Positions 62,655 through 64,000 of a DNA stretch of 64,000 bases are shown here, piece by piece (within the stretch, counting starts at the first letter, position 1; each line of letters opens with the position of its first letter). The position numbers and the translations under genes are program-made. Source of the DNA: a virus; the IMG/VR virus record IMGVR_UViG_3300045988_117831; one strand, given 5' to 3'. The notes beneath the pieces were generated by a model. It did no database searches. It saw only the letters and a list, made by a program, of their open reading frames with translations, and had not been told where the DNA came from.

Positions 62655-64000
62655 TGTCTTTCCCTCAACTCCGCGTTCGCTCCGGTTACTCCTATGGCGC
62701 CGCATATGGCCGATTCCCGGAGATCATCGAGCGCGCCAAAGAGATCGAATCCCCATTCGTCGCCATCGTCGATGATGGTACCTGGGGCCACGTCCGTTGG
62801 GAGCAAGCCGCTACCAAGGCAGAACTGCCTCGCGGATTCGGCATGGAAATCCCGATCAAATGCGCTGACGATGGCGAGAAAGCGCTGAAGCTCAAAGCCT
62901 GGGTGCTCGCCAAGGACACCAGGAAGTTCTACCGCTTGACTTCCAAGTCTGTCCAGAATCAAGGACTGACTCCGCAAGAATTCCAGGAAGCTGACGGCGT
63001 CATCAAATTCGCTGGCGAGGCGTATGCCCATTTGGATCTGGCCGGAATCGACTACATTGACATCAATCCCGCGTCGATGGTCGCCGCGCACGGTGCTATG
63101 GAGACGTCCAGAGCATTCGGAAAGCCGGTGGTGATTACCTCTTACAACGACATGCCGTCCATCGACCATGCCGATTTCGCGTCGGCCTGGAAGGTGCGGG
63201 AGTCGGTCGGCCTTCGCCACATCGCCACTGAAGAGGAGTTGTGGAGCCGTTTACGCCATATCATGACTCGCGAAGAGTTCGATTCCGCCATCACCAATAC
63301 TCGTGCGGTAGTTGAGCAGTTGGCGGATGTGAAACTGGCGAAGGCGCCGATGATCCACTTGGATGGTGATATCGTCGCTCTGGCTCGCGAGGGGCAAGCC
63401 TACCGCCTCAGTCGCGGCCACATCAAGGAATGGACCCAGGAGTATGAGGATCGATTCCAAGAAGAGATCAAGCAGATTCAGCTGAAAGACTTCGACAGCT
63501 ACTTTCTGGTGGTCGCCGATCTGGTTGCGTTCGCCAAGAAGCATATGCTGGTCGGCCCGGCTCGCGGCTCTTCAGCCGGCTCTTTGGTCTGCTACCTCCT
63601 GGGCATTACCGAGGTTGACCCGCTCCCGCATCGCCTTCTCTTCCAGCGCTTTATCGACATTTCCCGTTCCGATCTTCCCGATATAGATATCGACTTCGCC
63701 GATACCCATCGCTATCTAGTGTTCGAATATCTCCAGCAGAAGTATGGCACTTGGAACGTTGTGAAGTTGGGTAACATCAACACACTCAAGGCCGCGTCGG
63801 TTATCGCTCACGTCGGAAAGCGCTTCGGCATCCCCTTCCACGATACCGACAACATCAAAAACTCGATCATTGAATATACGTCGGCGGACGAACGGTATGG
63901 AAAAGGATTGGAGGACACTTTCGAAAAAACTCAACCCGGCCGCGACTTCCGTGAAAAGTATGAGATCGCGTCCGCCTGCATGGGCGACCTCGAAATTCAC
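62651..64000 (+). CDS. dnaE: DNA polymerase III alpha subunit (DnaE-type), N-terminal PHP domain onward; continues beyond the window
   Basis: Open frame from ATG 62651 (ATGA overlap with dnaQ) to the window end. ...VGPARGSSAGSLVCYLLGITEVDPL is the classic DnaE motif. Not in the ORF track because no stop lies within the window. Confidence 0.75.
   Translation, partial: MMSFPQLRVRSGYSYGAAYGRFPEIIERAKEIESPFVAIVDDGTWGHVRWEQAATKAELPRGFGMEIPIKCADDGEKALKLKAWVLAKDTRKFYRLTSKSVQNQGLTPQEFQEADGVIKFAGEAYAHLDLAGIDYIDINPASMVAAHGAMETSRAFGKPVVITSYNDMPSIDHADFASAWKVRESVGLRHIATEEELWSRLRHIMTREEFDSAITNTRAVVEQLADVKLAKAPMIHLDGDIVALAREGQAYRLSRGHIKEWTQEYEDRFQEEIKQIQLKDFDSYFLVVADLVAFAKKHMLVGPARGSSAGSLVCYLLGITEVDPLPHRLLFQRFIDISRSDLPDIDIDFADTHRYLVFEYLQQKYGTWNVVKLGNINTLKAASVIAHVGKRFGIPFHDTDNIKNSIIEYTSADERYGKGLEDTFEKTQPGRDFREKYEIASACMGDLEIH

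Overview
This 64 kb window reads as a contiguous piece of a tailed-phage genome, probably a virulent myovirus of a high-GC Gram-negative host. No integrase, repressor, tRNA, CRISPR array or transposase was seen.

Left end, + strand (305-6274): early genes. These are an SNF2-family helicase, a candidate SSB with an acidic C-terminal tail, a MazG-like pyrophosphohydrolase and an ATP-dependent DNA ligase.

A single minus-strand array runs from 32827 down to 6299 and carries the structural and lysis genes. In transcription order: portal, Mu-F/SPP1-gp7-like minor head protein, DUF2213-like protease/scaffold, major capsid, neck proteins, tail sheath, two paralogous tube-like proteins, a tape-measure protein with an internal lytic-transglycosylase domain, a P2/Mu-like baseplate (J-like and gpI-like), a 962-aa tail fibre, a fibre-assembly chaperone and a GH19 endolysin.

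33.0-47.3 kb, + strand: about 35 small accessory genes, interrupted by an isolated, inverted large-terminase gene (39386-40831).

47.5-54.7 kb, minus strand: a replication/packaging block with a candidate small terminase, a VirE-like primase-helicase and a PrimPol.

Right end, + strand (55.3-64.0 kb): a Dda/RecD-like helicase, a Lys/Ala/Glu-repeat protein, a FAD-binding protein, an atypical ThyX, a HAD-phosphatase fusion, a DnaQ-like exonuclease and the start of a DnaE-type polymerase.

The most striking non-coding signals are:
- a sigma70-like promoter plus conserved leader present in at least 10 copies;
- two related ~300 bp AT-rich quasi-palindromic elements sharing a ~75 bp core, at 28.9-29.3 kb and 48.5-48.8 kb;
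- GT-rich iterons beside the second element, with a mirrored CA-rich arm on its other side.

The most striking coding signal is an inorganic-pyrophosphatase-like domain fused to the C-terminus of the portal protein.
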